DNA of 64,000 nucleotides from positions 4,652,001 through 4,716,000 of the forward strand of contig CM075994.1 in NCBI GenBank assembly GCA_038087875.1, in the 5' to 3' direction. Origin of the DNA: Malacoraja senta. Lineage: Eukaryota. The notes below the pieces were generated by a model. It searched no databases. It was not told the origin of the DNA and was given only the letters and a program-made list of their open reading frames with translations. Both the position numbers and the translations under genes were made by a program. Of this stretch, positions 22,764 to 36,080 are shown piece after piece (the stretch's first letter is position 1; every line of letters starts with the position of its first letter).

Positions 22764-25700
22764 AGACAATAGACAATAGACAATAGACAATAGGTGCAGG
22801 AGTAGGGCATTAAGCCCTTCGAGCCAGCACCGCCATTCAATGTGATAATAGCTGATCGTCCCCAATCAATAACCCGTGCCAGCCTTCTGTCCATATCCCT
22901 TGAATCCACTAGCCCCTAGAGCTCTATTTAATACTCTCTTAAATCCATCCAGCGATTTGTCCTCCACTGCCCTCTGTGGCAGGGAATTCTACAAATTCAC
23001 AACTCTCTGGGTGAAAAAGTATTTTCTCACGTCAGTTTTAAATGGCCTCCCCATTATTCTAAGATTGTGGCCCCTGGTTCTGGACTCGCCCAACAATGGG
23101 AATGTTTTTCCTGCATGTAGCTTGTCCAGTCCTTTTTTATAATTTTATATGTTTCTATTAGATCCACCTCATCCTTTTAAACTCCGGTGAATACAAGTCT
23201 AGTCTTTTCAATCTTTTCTCATATGACAGTCCTGCCATCCCAGGGATCAATCTCGTGAACCTACGCTGCACTGCCTCAATCAGAAGGATATCCTTCCTCA
23301 AATTAGCAGACGAAAACTGTACACAATACTCCAGATGAGGTATTACCAGAGCCCTATACAACTGCAGAAGAACCTATTTACTCCCACACTGAAATCTTCT
23401 TGTTATGGCTAACATTCCATTAGATTTCTTCACTGCCTGCGGTACCTGCACGCCAACTTTCAGTGGCTGTTGTACAAAGACACCCAAGTCTCGCTGTACC
23501 CCCCCCCCCCACTTACCTAAGATAACCCCATTGAGATAGTAATCTACCCGCTTGTTTTTGCCGCCAAAGTGGATAACCTCACATTTATCTATATTATACT
23601 GCATCTGCCACGCATCTGCCCACTCACTCAACTTGTCCAGGTAACCCTGCAACCTCCTAACATCCTTTTCACAGTTCTCACTGCCACCAGCTTTGTGTAA
23701 TCCGCTAACTCGCCACTGCATGCCATTATGAAAAGGAGTCGTTCACTCCTACTCTTTGCCTCCTGTTTACCAACCAATTTTCTCACCGAGTCTACACCCT
23801 AGCCCCAATACCACCTGCTCTAATTTTAGTCACCATTCACCCGGTCGGGACCATATCAAAGGCTTTCTGAAAGTATAGATATACTACATCCATTGGCTCT
23901 CCTTCAACCATTTTCCTTGTCACATCCTCAACAAATTCCACAAAATGAGTCAAGCATGATTTTCCTTTCATAAATCCATGTTGAACAGAACTAATTATTT
24001 TACTGCTATCCAAATGCCCCTATATTACCACTTTAATAATTGACTCCAGCATCTTTCCCACCTCCGAAGTCAGGCTAACTGGTCTGTAATTCCCCGTTAT
24101 ATTCCCTCGCTCCTTTCTTGAAAAGTGGGATACCATTAGCTATCCTCCAATCCACAGGAACTGATCCCGAATCTATTGAACACTGGAAATGATCACCGAT
24201 GCATCCACTACTTCTAGAGGCACCTCCCTAAGGACCCTGGGATGCAGACCATGAGGACATGGGGATTTATCATCCTTCAGTCCCATTAGCTCACCCAATA
24301 CTATTTCTCGCCTAATGAAGATTTATTTCAGTTCCTCTAGCACCTTAGATCATCTCTCCTCCAGTACTTCTGGCAGATTGTTTGTGTCTTCCTTAGTGAA
24401 GACAGATCCGAAATACCTGTTCAAATCTTCTGCCATTTCCTTGTTTCCCATTATAATTTCACCCATGTCTGCCTTCAAGTGACCCACACTTGACTTGCTA
24501 TTATTTTCCCATAACATATCTAAATAAACGTTTACTGACCTTATTTATATTCCTGGCCAGCTTACACTCGTACTTCATCTTTTCAGCCCGTATTGCCCGT
24601 TATGGTTCCTTCTGTTGTCCTATGAAAGTTTCCCAATCTACTGGCTTCCGGCTACTCTTTGCTGTGTTATACATCATTTATTTTAATTTTATTATATCCC
24701 TAACTTTCTTGTTAGCCACAGTTGCATCCTACTTCCCTCAGAATCCTTCTTCCTTTTTGGATTGAAATGATCCCGCTTCTTCCGAATTATGCCCAGAAAT
24801 TCATGCCATTGCTGTTCCATCGTCATTCCTGCTAGGATCCCTTTGCAGTATATCGTGGCCTGCTCTATAGTCCCCTTTGTTCAACTGCATCACTGACACT
24901 TCCGATTTAACCTTCTCCTTCTCAAATTGCAGATTAAAACCATTACAAGCTGCTCTAAAAATCCAACCCGGGGGCACTCTAAAAACTCTTTCTTGGGGTC
25001 TTGAACCAACCTGATTTTCCCACTCTACCTGCATATGGAAATCCCCCATAACCACAGTGGCATTACCTTTGTTACATGCCAGTTTTAAGTCCTGCTGCAA
25101 CTCACACACTACACCCGAGCTACTATTTGGGAGTCTGTAGATAACACCAATTAGTGTCTCCATTCCTTTGCAATTCCTCAAATCTATCCACAGTGTTTCT
25201 ACCTCGTCAGTCCCTATGTCTTCCCTCGATTTGGTCTAAATTCCATCCCTCACCAGCAGACTACCCCCCCCCCCTCTCTGCCCACTTGCCTGTCCTTTCT
25301 TTAGGATGTTTAACCCTGAATATGCCATGCCGGATCATACTGCAGCCGCGTCTCAGTAATCCCACAATATTATATCTACCAACCTCTAACTGAGCTCATC
25401 TACTTTACCTCTTATACATCGCGCATTAATATACAATATTTTAAATTCCTTACGCATCTCACCATTCACATCGATCCCTATTACACTTGGCCATACACTC
25501 CTATCCCTTTGTGATCTTTCTTTCCCGTTAATTCTGGGGCCACTAACTACCCCTTTACTCACTTTACCATTAACTCCGTTTTATGACAATCCCATTTGAC
25601 CCCCCCCTCCCTATTTAGTTTTAAACCACCTATATAACAGTGGCAAACCTGCCTGCCAGAATGCCGGTCCCCCACCTGTTAAGTTGCAATCCGTCCCTTT

Positions 25701-26830
25701 TTTTCAGTTCCCCCTTACTCCAAAACAGATCCCAGTTTTCTAAAAATTTAAAGCCATGCCCCTTGCACCAGTTCCTCAGGCACACATTCAGGTCCTGTAT
25801 CTCCCTGTTCCTGCTCTCGCCAGCACGATGAACTGGAAGCAAACCGGAGATAACCACACTGGAGGTCCTGCTTCTCAGCACTTTTCCAAGCTCTCTAAAT
25901 TCACGCTTCAGAAGATTCATCCCCTTCTTTCCGACATCGTTTTTTGCCAACATGCACTACCACTTCCGGCTGTTCACCTTCGCCCTTGATGATTTTCTGC
26001 ACTCTGTCCGTGACACCCTGGATCCAGGCACCAGGGAGGCAGGACACCATCCTCGAATCCCGTCTGTTGCCGCAGAAACCCCTGTCCGTAGATCTCACAA
26101 TGGAGTCTCCAACTACCACGGCGTTGCCTGACGTCGGCCTCTTTGGTTTTGGCTCAATACGCCTTTTTGCTTCGCAAGCCAGTGCGCCGTTCAGTGTGTT
26201 AACGTTTTCTTTCCCGACAGGTTCTAAGTAGGTGAACCTGTCAACAAGAGGTACAACACCCGGGGACGTTTGCATTCCATGTTTCCTTCAATTTCTCACC
26301 GTCACCCACGTTCTCTCTTCCAGTAACTTAGGTGTAACAATCTTACCGTAGGACTTGTCGAGGAACGACTCAGTTTATCGCACGAACATGAGGTCATCCA
26401 GTTGCTTTTCCAGTTCCCCAACACGGTCCTTCAGGAACTGTACCTGGATGCACCATTCATATTTGTAGTAGCTAGAAGCACCAGCTGTGTCCTTGATCTC
26501 CCGCATACTGCAAGCATCACACTGAATTAGCTTGCTTGACATCATCTTCTTTCGTCACTCCCTCTCCAGCGTTTGGTGTGGCGTCCTCCTTCAGCGTCCT
26601 CGCCGAAGACTCTCGAGCCAAAACTCACTCGGCACTTCCCTCACAAGGCACTTCATTCACTGCCGCTCCTTCACTGCCGCTCCGTAAGAACAACCTTGCT
26701 TATAATGACTTATCAATTGCATTTTTTTACCAATTTCCAAACCAAATTCCTCCGTTTTAAATAGTTTTTGACCTGTGACTTAATCACCTTTCCCACGAGC
26801 ATCAGCCAATCAGCTGTTCTGCCTGCGTCT
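22764..26830 (-). mobile_element. Near full-length, disabled CR1 LINE
   Basis: (TCTATTG)n tail 22764-22792; RT C-terminus (HLEYCVQF, QYNIDKC); endonuclease (MGDF); ORF1 SGNH esterase VVVGDSIVR..CLPGA..VVISGLLP..DGLQLN (25630-26275). Confidence 0.92.
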
Positions 26831-26865
26831 CGTTGTTGCTGCTTGTCCAAGATCGACGTAAGTTC

Positions 26866-27460
26866 CAATAGACAATAGACAATAGACAATAGACAATGGG
26901 TGCAGGTGTAGGCGATTCGGCCCTTTGAGCCAGCACCGCCATTCAATGTGATCATGGCTGATCATCCCCAATCAGTACCGCGTTCCTGCCTTCTCCCTAT
27001 ATTCCCTGACTGCTAATTTTAAGAGCCCTATCTAGCTCTCTCTCATGAAAGCACCCTGAGAACCTGCCTCCAACAGAGACAGAGAATCCCACAGCATCAC
27101 CACTCTCAGTGAGAAAAAATTGTTTCCTCTTCTCCGTTCTAAAATATTTACTCCTTATTGTTAAACTGTGGTCCCTGGTTCTGGACTGCCCCAATATCGG
27201 GAACATGTTCCCTGCCTCCAGCATGTCCAAGCCCTTAACAATCTTACATGTTTCAATGAGATCACCTCTCATCCTTCTGAACTCCAGAGTGTACACGCCC
27301 AGCTGCTCCATTCTATCAGCATATGACACTCCTCAAAAGCAAGACTGTCCTTCTTCAAATTACGGGACCAAAACTGCACACAGTACTCCAGTTGTGGTCT
27401 CACTGGGGCTCTGTACAACTGCAGAAGGACCTCTTTGCTCCTATAATCGATTCCTATTGT
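26866..27460 (-). mobile_element. CR1 3' fragment with internal deletion
   Basis: LEYCVQFWS and LEFRRMRGDLIE motifs, (TCTATTG)n tail. Confidence 0.85.
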
Positions 27461-28585
27461 TATTGCTGTTCCAGGGGTTAACATATGTCAAAGCATTATA
27501 TGACCGTCCATCAATATTGACAAACATATTAACAGCATACCGAGTTCTATCCGAAGTATTTCCGGTCCTGAAGCATAAAAAGGTTAATATAAGAAAACTG
27601 AGTAGCTACAATTAAATGGCTCCTCAAGTACTCTTGGAAATATATACAGTTACTTAAATTATATATTGTAATAGTGTTTTCTTTTACGTTTACATATGTA
27701 TTCAAATGTTTTTCTTGAGAAAATTAATTAGTTTGATCTCGGAACGTTTTACATTTTCGAATAGAAATTACATCCTTCTGTGCCAGAAAGTTGGAAGGAA
27801 ATTGAAAAATAAGAATCACGAAAATGATAATGAGCTGCAAGACATTTCTTACCCAATGAATTGCGGTTTACTGAAACCAAAATAAGAGCAGCATCAAAAG
27901 TAATGTTTCGTATAATCGACACTTCTATCCGACGAAACGAAGCATCATATTTGCACTTTATGACAAATTGTGATAAGTATATTTATATAGTGTGGCAACA
28001 CATGCAATTGTCAGAAACACATCAGGATCCTCAAATGTCGCGCAATATCAATATTAAAACAATAACGACGAGAAAATGAAAACACTATTTATCATTTAAG
28101 TTACCTACACTTAATTCAGAGGCGGCAGTCGCCATTTTATAAAACTTATGTGAGTAACAATATACCGTAAGACAAATCTGCGACTGTGTACGTGGGAAGC
28201 ACATGAACGGGCCACTATTAAAAACATGTCTATTTCAATTTAGGCACCCATTGAATACTAATGGTTCGTTTACCGCAGAGTCTGCGCCTTGGAGCATTTG
28301 ATTCAGGTGGTGAGTTTAATTTGTTGATGTTGATTGGGTTAATTATAACTTTGTTATTGCAAATATATAATTTTGAGGCCGCACATGTTTATTTTTTTAA
28401 ATATAGATTATTTAAATAGGTAACTGGAATTGCGTTTTTTCGCCCATTTGTGTAAGCAACGAATTGAAGTTAGTTGACATTGCTATTATTGGTTAATTAC
28501 AAAGAGGATTTTGAAAATGTGGGCAAAGCATGAGTAAACATGGACGATCGAATAGAAAGCGGACCATATATATGAACCTATATAT

Positions 28586-28726
<141 letters not shown>

Positions 28727-28825
28727 TCCAAATACAATGCGTAGATATGGGCACACGCATGGGCCCCAGCTACGCCTGCCTCTTTGTCGGGTACGTCGAA
28801 CAATCCTTGTTCAATATGTACCAGG
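28727..28825 (+). mobile_element. Penelope RT fragment
   Basis: MGTRMGPSYACLFVGYVEQSLF, homologous to 8810-8900. Confidence 0.8.
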
Positions 28826-31416
28826 GCCCGAGGGGGACCAATATTCTGGCGGGGAGATTTGCAAAGACTACTGGGGAGACTTTAAACTAGAACGGTTGGG
28901 GGAGGGACTCAAATAGAGAAAGCTAGTGGAAAATGTGGGAGGCAGGAGGCAGAGAAGGGAAGCACTCGGACCCAAAATGTAGGGGAGAAAGAAGAAAAAA
29001 ATAATAAACAGAGAATAAGTGGTGGTGGGTTTCTTAAATATGTATATTTTAATGCTAGGAGCATTGTAAGAAAGGTGGATGAGCTTAGAGCCTGGATTGG
29101 CACCTGGAAGTATGATGTTGTGGCGATCAGAGAAACATGGTTGCAGGAGGGCTGTGATTGGCAAATCAATATTCCAGGATTTCGTTGCTTCAGGGGTGAA
29201 AGAATTGGAGGGGCAAGAGGTGGGGGTGTTGCATTGCTTGTCAAGGAAGATATTACAGCAGTGCTTTGGCAGGATAGATTATAGGGCTCGTCTAGGGAGG
29301 CTATTTGGGTGGAACTGAGAAATGGGAAAGGTGTAGCAACACTTATAGGGGTGTATTATAGACCGCCAAATGGGGAGCGAGAATTGGAAGAGCAAATATG
29401 TAAGGAGATAGTAGATATTAGTAGTAAGCACAAGATAGTGATTGTGGGAGATTTCAATTTTCCACATATAGACTGGGAAACACATTCTGTAAAAGGGCTG
29501 GATGGTTTGGAGTTTGTAAAATGTGTGCAAGATAGTTTTTTGCAGCAATACATAGAGGTACCAACTAGAGAAGGGGCAGTGCTGGACCTCCTGTTAGGAA
29601 ATGAGACAGGGTAGGTGGCGGAGGTATGCGTCGGGGAGCACTTCGGGTCCAGTGATCACAATACCATTAGTTTCAATATAATTATGGAGAGGGTCAGAAC
29701 TGGACCTAGGGTTGAGATTTTTGTTTGGAGAAAGGCTAACTTTGAGGAGATGCGAAAGGATTTAAAAGGAGTGAATTGGGACATGTTGTTTTATGGGAAG
29801 GATGTAGAAGAAAAATGGAGGACATTTAAGGGTGAAATTTTGAGAGTACAGAATCTTTATGTCCCTGTTCGGTTGAAAGGAAATAGTAAAAAATGGAAAG
29901 AGCCATGGTTTTCAATGGAAATTGAACACTTGGTTCGGAAAAAGAGAGAGATCTACAATAATTATAGGCAGCATGGAGTAAATGAGGTGCTTGAGGAGTA
30001 TAAAGAATGTAAAAAGAATATTAAGAATCCGGAAGTGGCGGCGCTGTCGTACAGCAGCGGCTCGCCTGCAGTCCGTCTGTTTTTACTTTTTTTGTTGTTT
30101 TCTTTTGTCCTGTTTCAGTTAAATTTTAGTTTACTGGGTTGTGTATGTGTGGGGTGGGGGGGTGAAACATGACTTTTGTCTCTTCCTTCGGGGGAATGCG
30201 ACTTTTTCTTGTCGTATCCCCCTTCTCTGCCTCCGTCTGCGCTGAGGCCAAAATGGCGGAGCTGCCGGCCTCCAACTCCAACTGCGAGCTGCCGGCCTCC
30301 AACTCCAACTGCGAGCGACCGACCGACCTCGAGGCTCCGGAGGCAGAGCCAGGACTTACCAGCGCGAGGCTGGCCAACTTCGGGGCTGCGGTGGCGTTCC
30401 GGCGGTGGCGACCGAGGACACTGGTGGCGACCTGAATCCGGAGGCTCGGCCGCAGCTGGCCCAGTGGACGACATCTTCGGGAGCGCGAGGTTGGCCAACT
30501 TCGGTGCTGCGGTGGCGTTCCGGCGGTGGCGACCGAGGACACTGGTGGCGACCTGAATCCGGAGGCTCGGCCGCGGGCCCAGTGGACGACATCGTCGAGA
30601 GCACGCAGGTCACAGGTTGCTGACCTGTTTTTCTGGGGCTCCCTCAACTACAGCTGCGTCCGCTAGACTGGAGGGCGGCAGCTTCGGCAGCTTCGGCCAC
30701 TCCGGGCCGCGGAGTTTGAGCCGGCCCGTCGCGGAGCACGGATTCGGCCGCTGGACTGGCTTACCGTCGCCCGGCGGGGCCACAGCATCAGAAGCCTGGA
30801 TCGCCTCAACGCAGAGGGAGAAGAAAGCGGGAGGAGACAGAGACTTTAAGACTTTTGCCTCCATCACAGTGAGGAGGTGCCTGGTGAACTCACTGTGGTG
30901 GATGTTAATTTGTGTTTATTGGGTGTTTTGTCATTTATTATTATATGTATGACTGCAGGCAACGAAATTTCGTTCAGACCGAAAGGTCTGAATGACAAAT
31001 AAAGGAATCTCTAATCTCTCTAATCTCTAAGAAAGAAATTAGAAAAGCTAAAAGAAGATATGAGGTTGCTTTGGCAAGTAAGGTGAAAGTAAATCCAAGG
31101 GGTTTCTACAGCAATATTAATAGCAAAAGGATAACAAGGAATAAAATCGGTCCATTAGAGAGTCAGAGTGGACAGCTATCTGCAGAGTCAAAAGAGATGG
31201 GGGAGATATTGAACAATTTCTTTTCTTCGGTATTCACGAAGGAGAAGGATATGGAATTATGTGAGGTAAGGGAAACGAGCAGAGTAGCAATGGAAACTGT
31301 GAGATTCAAAGAAGAGGAGGTGCGGACACTTTTGAAAAAATGAAAACCGATAAGTCTCCAGGTCCTGACAGGCATATTCCCCTAGGACATTGAGGGAAGT
31401 TTGTGTAGAAATAGCA
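28826..31416 (+). mobile_element. CR1 LINE (subfamily A) ORF2 N-terminal part, cut by the gap
   Basis: YFNARSI, AIRETW, VYYRPP, VGDFN and SSDHN endonuclease motifs; near-identical to 36081-37609. Confidence 0.92.
30028..31027 (+). mobile_element. 1.0-kb non-autonomous GC-rich retroposon with TSD TAAGAA
   Basis: TSD at 30022-30027 and 31028-31033; empty site in the paralogous CR1 at about 37222. Internal repeats 30257-30316 and 30361-30600. 3' hairpin ttcagacc-gaaa-ggtctgaa, tgacaaataaagg and (AATCTCT)-like tail. Confidence 0.9.
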
Positions 31417-31616
31417 NNNNNNNNNNNNNNNNNNNNNNNNNNNNNNNNNNNNNNNNNNNNNNNNNNNNNNNNNNNNNNNNNNNNNNNNNNNNNNNNNNNN
31501 NNNNNNNNNNNNNNNNNNNNNNNNNNNNNNNNNNNNNNNNNNNNNNNNNNNNNNNNNNNNNNNNNNNNNNNNNNNNNNNNNNNNNNNNNNNNNNNNNNNN
31601 NNNNNNNNNNNNNNNN
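31417..31616. other. Assembly gap (200 N)
   Basis: Run of N. Confidence 1.
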
Positions 31617-31687
31617 TCAATATCTTACTTTTGTGGTCAATATCTCACTTTTAGTAATATATATATATATATATACATATATATACA

Positions 31688-34600
31688 CGTGGCGGTCCCT
31701 GGGGCGTAGGCCACTCTTGGATCATCCCCCTCGCCGAGTGAGGGACATGGGCACTGGTCTGCCACGGGATTTCCAGACGACCCTGGATTTAGTGCTCTCG
31801 AGGTGTTTGTGTGGTGTACTCTTCGCTGTTAGGATTAAAAGCCTAATGATTGAACCCGCCTGGCGTCTGGTCTTTTTCTGACCTCATCCAGGGCGCTACA
31901 CTGGTGACACCACGCCGTCCATCACGCGTCGTGATGGATAATAACGCCGTTGCGTTGAAGCTCCCTACTCTGTGGACAGAAGAACCTGACATCTGGTTCC
32001 AGCAGGCAGAGGCACAGTTTGTTGTGAGAGGTATTACGGCAGTTGAAACAAAGTATTATTACGTGGTTGGCGTGCTTGACCAAGTGAATGCGAGGCGAGT
32101 TAAGCCTTTCCTCAAGAACCCCTCCGGTAGCAAACAAATATAGGGACCTTATGGAATTCCTTATCAGGAGGTTTGGCCTAGGTGACGCCGAGCGGGCAGC
32201 TCGGATTTTCAGAATGGAAGGCCTGTGCGACCGCCGGCCGTCTGCCCTGCTGGAGGACATGCTAACCCTAATGGGGGACATTGAACCTTGTTTTCTGTTT
32301 AAATACGCCTACTTGCAGCAACTACCGCCCGACATCCGCATGCAGCTCGCCAGGGATCCATTTACCGACATGCGGGCGCTGGGTGAACAAGCCGACGAAC
32401 TGTGGATGAACCGCCATCAGAACCTGGATGCGCTGACCGTCCTTCCCGTGGCGTTTGGAGGCTCTGAGCCGGCCGGGACCGTTATCGACCGCGTCTCCAC
32501 TGCTCCCAGTCGGCCCCCGCGGCAAAATGCGGCCGCCATTGCGCATTCCACTGCAGGCATGTCCTTCCAATACGGCCAGCCTGCAGTTCCACGTAACGCC
32601 AGCAGCGGTCGCTGGCGTCCAAATCAGCCAAATTCGTATGCAGGTCCACCAGACACCAGCAGAGGGTGTTGGTGCTCTTACCACCGTCGCTGGGGAGCTG
32701 CAGCCAGGAGATGTCAGCCACCCTGTTTATTCCCGGGAAACGAAAGGGTCGGTCGTCAATGATTCCTTCGGCGACCGGCAAAATTCATCGCGTCTTCCGC
32801 TTGGGAGCGCCGCACTGGAGGTCGATTCCTCGTGGACACTGGTACGGAAGTGAGCGTTCTGCCTCCCACCATAACTGACATTCGTGCGGGCAAACGAGGC
32901 CCCACCTCACCGCGCGAACGGGAGTGTTATTCACACCTTCGGGTAACGCACCATCTCCCTCAACTTTGGCCGCAGCTCCTTTTCATGGAAGTTCGTCATT
33001 GCCGACGTTTCCCAGCCGCTGCTGGGCGCCGACTTCCTTCGAGCTCATTCACTGCTCGTGGATGTCAAGCGGCGGCGCCTGATGCACTCTGTCACGCTGG
33101 ATCCGGTTTTCCTCCGCATTAGTGATCCTGTAGCACGCCCTGATGGCCCCCTGTCGTCCGTGGACGCGACTTTTGCGCGCATCCTGGCAGATTTTCCAAA
33201 CATCCTGGAACCCCACTTCCGCACCTCCAACCCCCAAGCACGGCGTGGAGCACCATATCCCTACTACCGGCCCGCCTGTGCACGCCCGGGCGCGTCGTCT
33301 CACGCCAGACATGCTTCGTCTTGCTCGGGAGGAGTTCCGCCTGATGGAGGCGATGGGCATCGTGCGTCCCTCTGATAGCCCATGGGCGTCACCGCTCCAC
33401 ATGGTCCCAAAGGCGGACGTGGCTGGCGCTCGTGTGGGGATTACCGTCGCCGACAGGTACCCAGTCCCGCACATTCAGGACTTCAATGCCCATCTGGCCG
33501 GAGGATCCGTATTCTCCAAGGTGGACCTCGTGCGAGTGTACAATCAAATTCCGGTCCACCCCGACGATATTCCCAAGACGGCCATTATTACACCATTTGG
33601 TATATTTGAATTTGTAAGGATGCCGTTTGGGTTAAAGAACGCTGCGCAGGCCGTTCAGCGGCTTAGGACTGTGTGTGCCGCGGCCTGGACTTCGTCTTCG
33701 TGTACTTGGATGATATACTCGTGGCCAGTCGCTCGCGGCAGGTGCACGGCATCCACCTCCGTCAGCTGAGTCAGCGCCTCAGCGACTTCGGTTTGGCCAT
33801 CAACGCGTCCAAGTGCCGTTTCGGGGTTACGTCTATCGACTTCCTCGGCCACCGCGTGACTCCACAAGGGGTGATGCCTCTGCCGGTCAGGGTGGACGCT
33901 ATCCGCAGGTTCCCCCGTCCGACCACAATTAGGGGCCTACAATAATTCGTGGGGATGGTCACCTTCTACCACCGCTTCCTGCCGGCAGTGGACGCAGTCA
34001 TGCGTCCGCTTTTCCACCTGATTGCTGGTCATCGCAGGGAGGTTGAGTTGTCCGCGGATGCATCAGCGGCATTCGAAAGGGCTAAGCAGGCACTGGCTGA
34101 AGCCACGATGCTCGTCCACCCACGGGAGGACGCCCCGACCGCCCTGACGGTAGACGCTTCTGAGGTTGCGGTTGGGGCAGTGTTGGAGCAGCTCGTTGAT
34201 GGATGCTGGCGGCCACTCGCCTTCTTCAGCAGGCATCTCAGTGGTGCTCAGCGCCGCTACAGCGCATTCGACCGCGAGCTCCTTGCCCTATATCTCGCCG
34301 TACGCCATTTCCGCTACTTCTTGGAGAGGAGGCCGCTTACTGTATTTACGGACCACAAGCCGCTAACCTTCGCGTTCGCCAAGGTTTCAGACCCGTGGTC
34401 AGCCCGGCAGCAAAGGCAGTTGGCGTATGTGTCCGAATACACCACCTCCATCCGGTTCGTTGAGGGCAAATTCAACAGAGTGGCCGATGCCTTATCGAGA
34501 CCTGCAGTCCACGCGGTTCTCGAAGTCTCTGAGGGGATCAATTAATCCGCCTTAGCAGCCGCTCAGCTGGTCGACGAGGAGATGTCCGCTTATCGTACGG

Positions 34601-36080
34601 CAGTTTCGGGCCTGCAGTTGGAGGACGTTGTCTGTGGTCCTGGGCGATGCTGTGCGATGTCTCCTCTGGAGTTCCGCGACCCATCGTCCCCATCGCCTGG
34701 CGGTGCAGGGTGTTTGAGGTGCTCCATGGGCTTGCGCATCCCTCCATCCGGGCGACAACGGCCCTGGTATCCTCCCGATTCATGTGGCACGGGCTGCGGA
34801 AGGAGGTTGGTCACTGGGCGCGCACCTGCATCCCGTGCCCGACCGCCAAGGTGTAACGACACGTGCGCGCGCCGTTGCAGGAGTTCCCCATTCCTCGGCA
34901 GCGTTTCGACCACATTCACGTGGAGATCGTGGGCCGCTGCCTTCGTCCCAGGGCATGGCTTACCTATTCACCGTTGTGGACCGCTTCACGCGGTGGCCTG
35001 AAGCCAATCCGCTGCTAAATTCTGCAACGACCACTTGTGCTCGAGCCTTGGTGGCCCACTGGATCGCCCGGTTCGGGGTGCCACTGGACATAACATCCGA
35101 CCGGGGGCCTCAGTTCACGTCGGAGCTGTGAGCGGCCATGGCACGTCTCCAGGGTGTTCGTTTGCACCACACGACGGCGTATCATCCGCAGGCGAACGGC
35201 CAGGTGGAGCGGTTTCACCGTCAACTCAAGGATGCCCTGAAGGCACGGCTCAATGATCCGGACTGGGTGGACGCTCTGCCGTGGGTTTTGCTGGGGATCC
35301 GCACTGTACCGTAAGAAGACTTGGCCTCCTCCTCCGCCAAGTTGGTTGACGGTGCCCGGGAGTTCATCCCGTCGGCACGTGGCCAGGTGGAGCAGCCTTC
35401 GGACGCTCTGCAACGTCTTCGGCAGACGGTGGGCAAGCTGGCGCCGGTGCCAACGTCTCGTCATGGGTCCTTCCGTCCGCACGTTCCGTCTGGAGGACTG
35501 CCAGTTCATTTTCCTGCGCAGGGATGCGCATATGACACCTCTCCAGCGGCCGTACGAGGGTCCCTTCCGTGTCCTGGAGCATGGCTCATCCTCTTTCGTC
35601 ATGGACATGGGGTGTCGGCATGAGACTGTTTCAGTTGCGCGGCTGAAGCCAGCACATATTGATATTGATCAGCCGGTGCTCGAAGCGCGGCCCCGTAAGC
35701 GAGGGCGGCCTCTGTCTAGGGTACCTCCTTCTCTGGTTACTCCGTCCCCTGCACCTGTTGGTCAGCCGCCGGTTCCGGGGCCGGGCATGGTGTGCACCCG
35801 GGCTGGCCGCCATGTACGCCCTCCTGTCCGTTTCTTGTCTCGGGTACTTGGGGAGGGGGGGGTCCTGTGGCGGTCCCTGGGGGGTGGACCACTCCGTGGA
35901 TCATCGCCCTCACCGAGTGAAGGACAGGGGCACTGGTCTGCCACGGGGTTTCCAGACGACCCTGGATTTAGTGCTGTCGAGGTTTTGTGTGTGGTGTACT
36001 CTCGCTGTTGTGATTAAAAGTCTACTGAATTGAACCCGCCTGGCGTCTGGCCTTTTTCTGACCTTGTCCAGGCCGCTACA
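31688..36080 (+). mobile_element. Ty3/Gypsy LTR retrotransposon, full structure, disabled
   Basis: LTRs 31688-31900 and 35866-36080 (TGTGG..CTACA; 5' copy starts CG). PBS-like tggtgac at 31902 and PPT at 35850-35862. gag LKLPTLW..WFQQAEAQF; protease FLVDTG; RT SPWASPL, FSKVDL, MPFGLKNA, YLDD; RNase H VDAS..DRELLA..TDHKPL..ADALSR; integrase SDRGPQFTS, YEGPF. Multiple frameshifts and stops. Confidence 0.96.

Noticed and set aside
31933..35700. Active Gypsy gag-pol
   Set aside because: Several frameshifts and in-frame stops (for example 33943-33945 and 34543-34545) break the frame.
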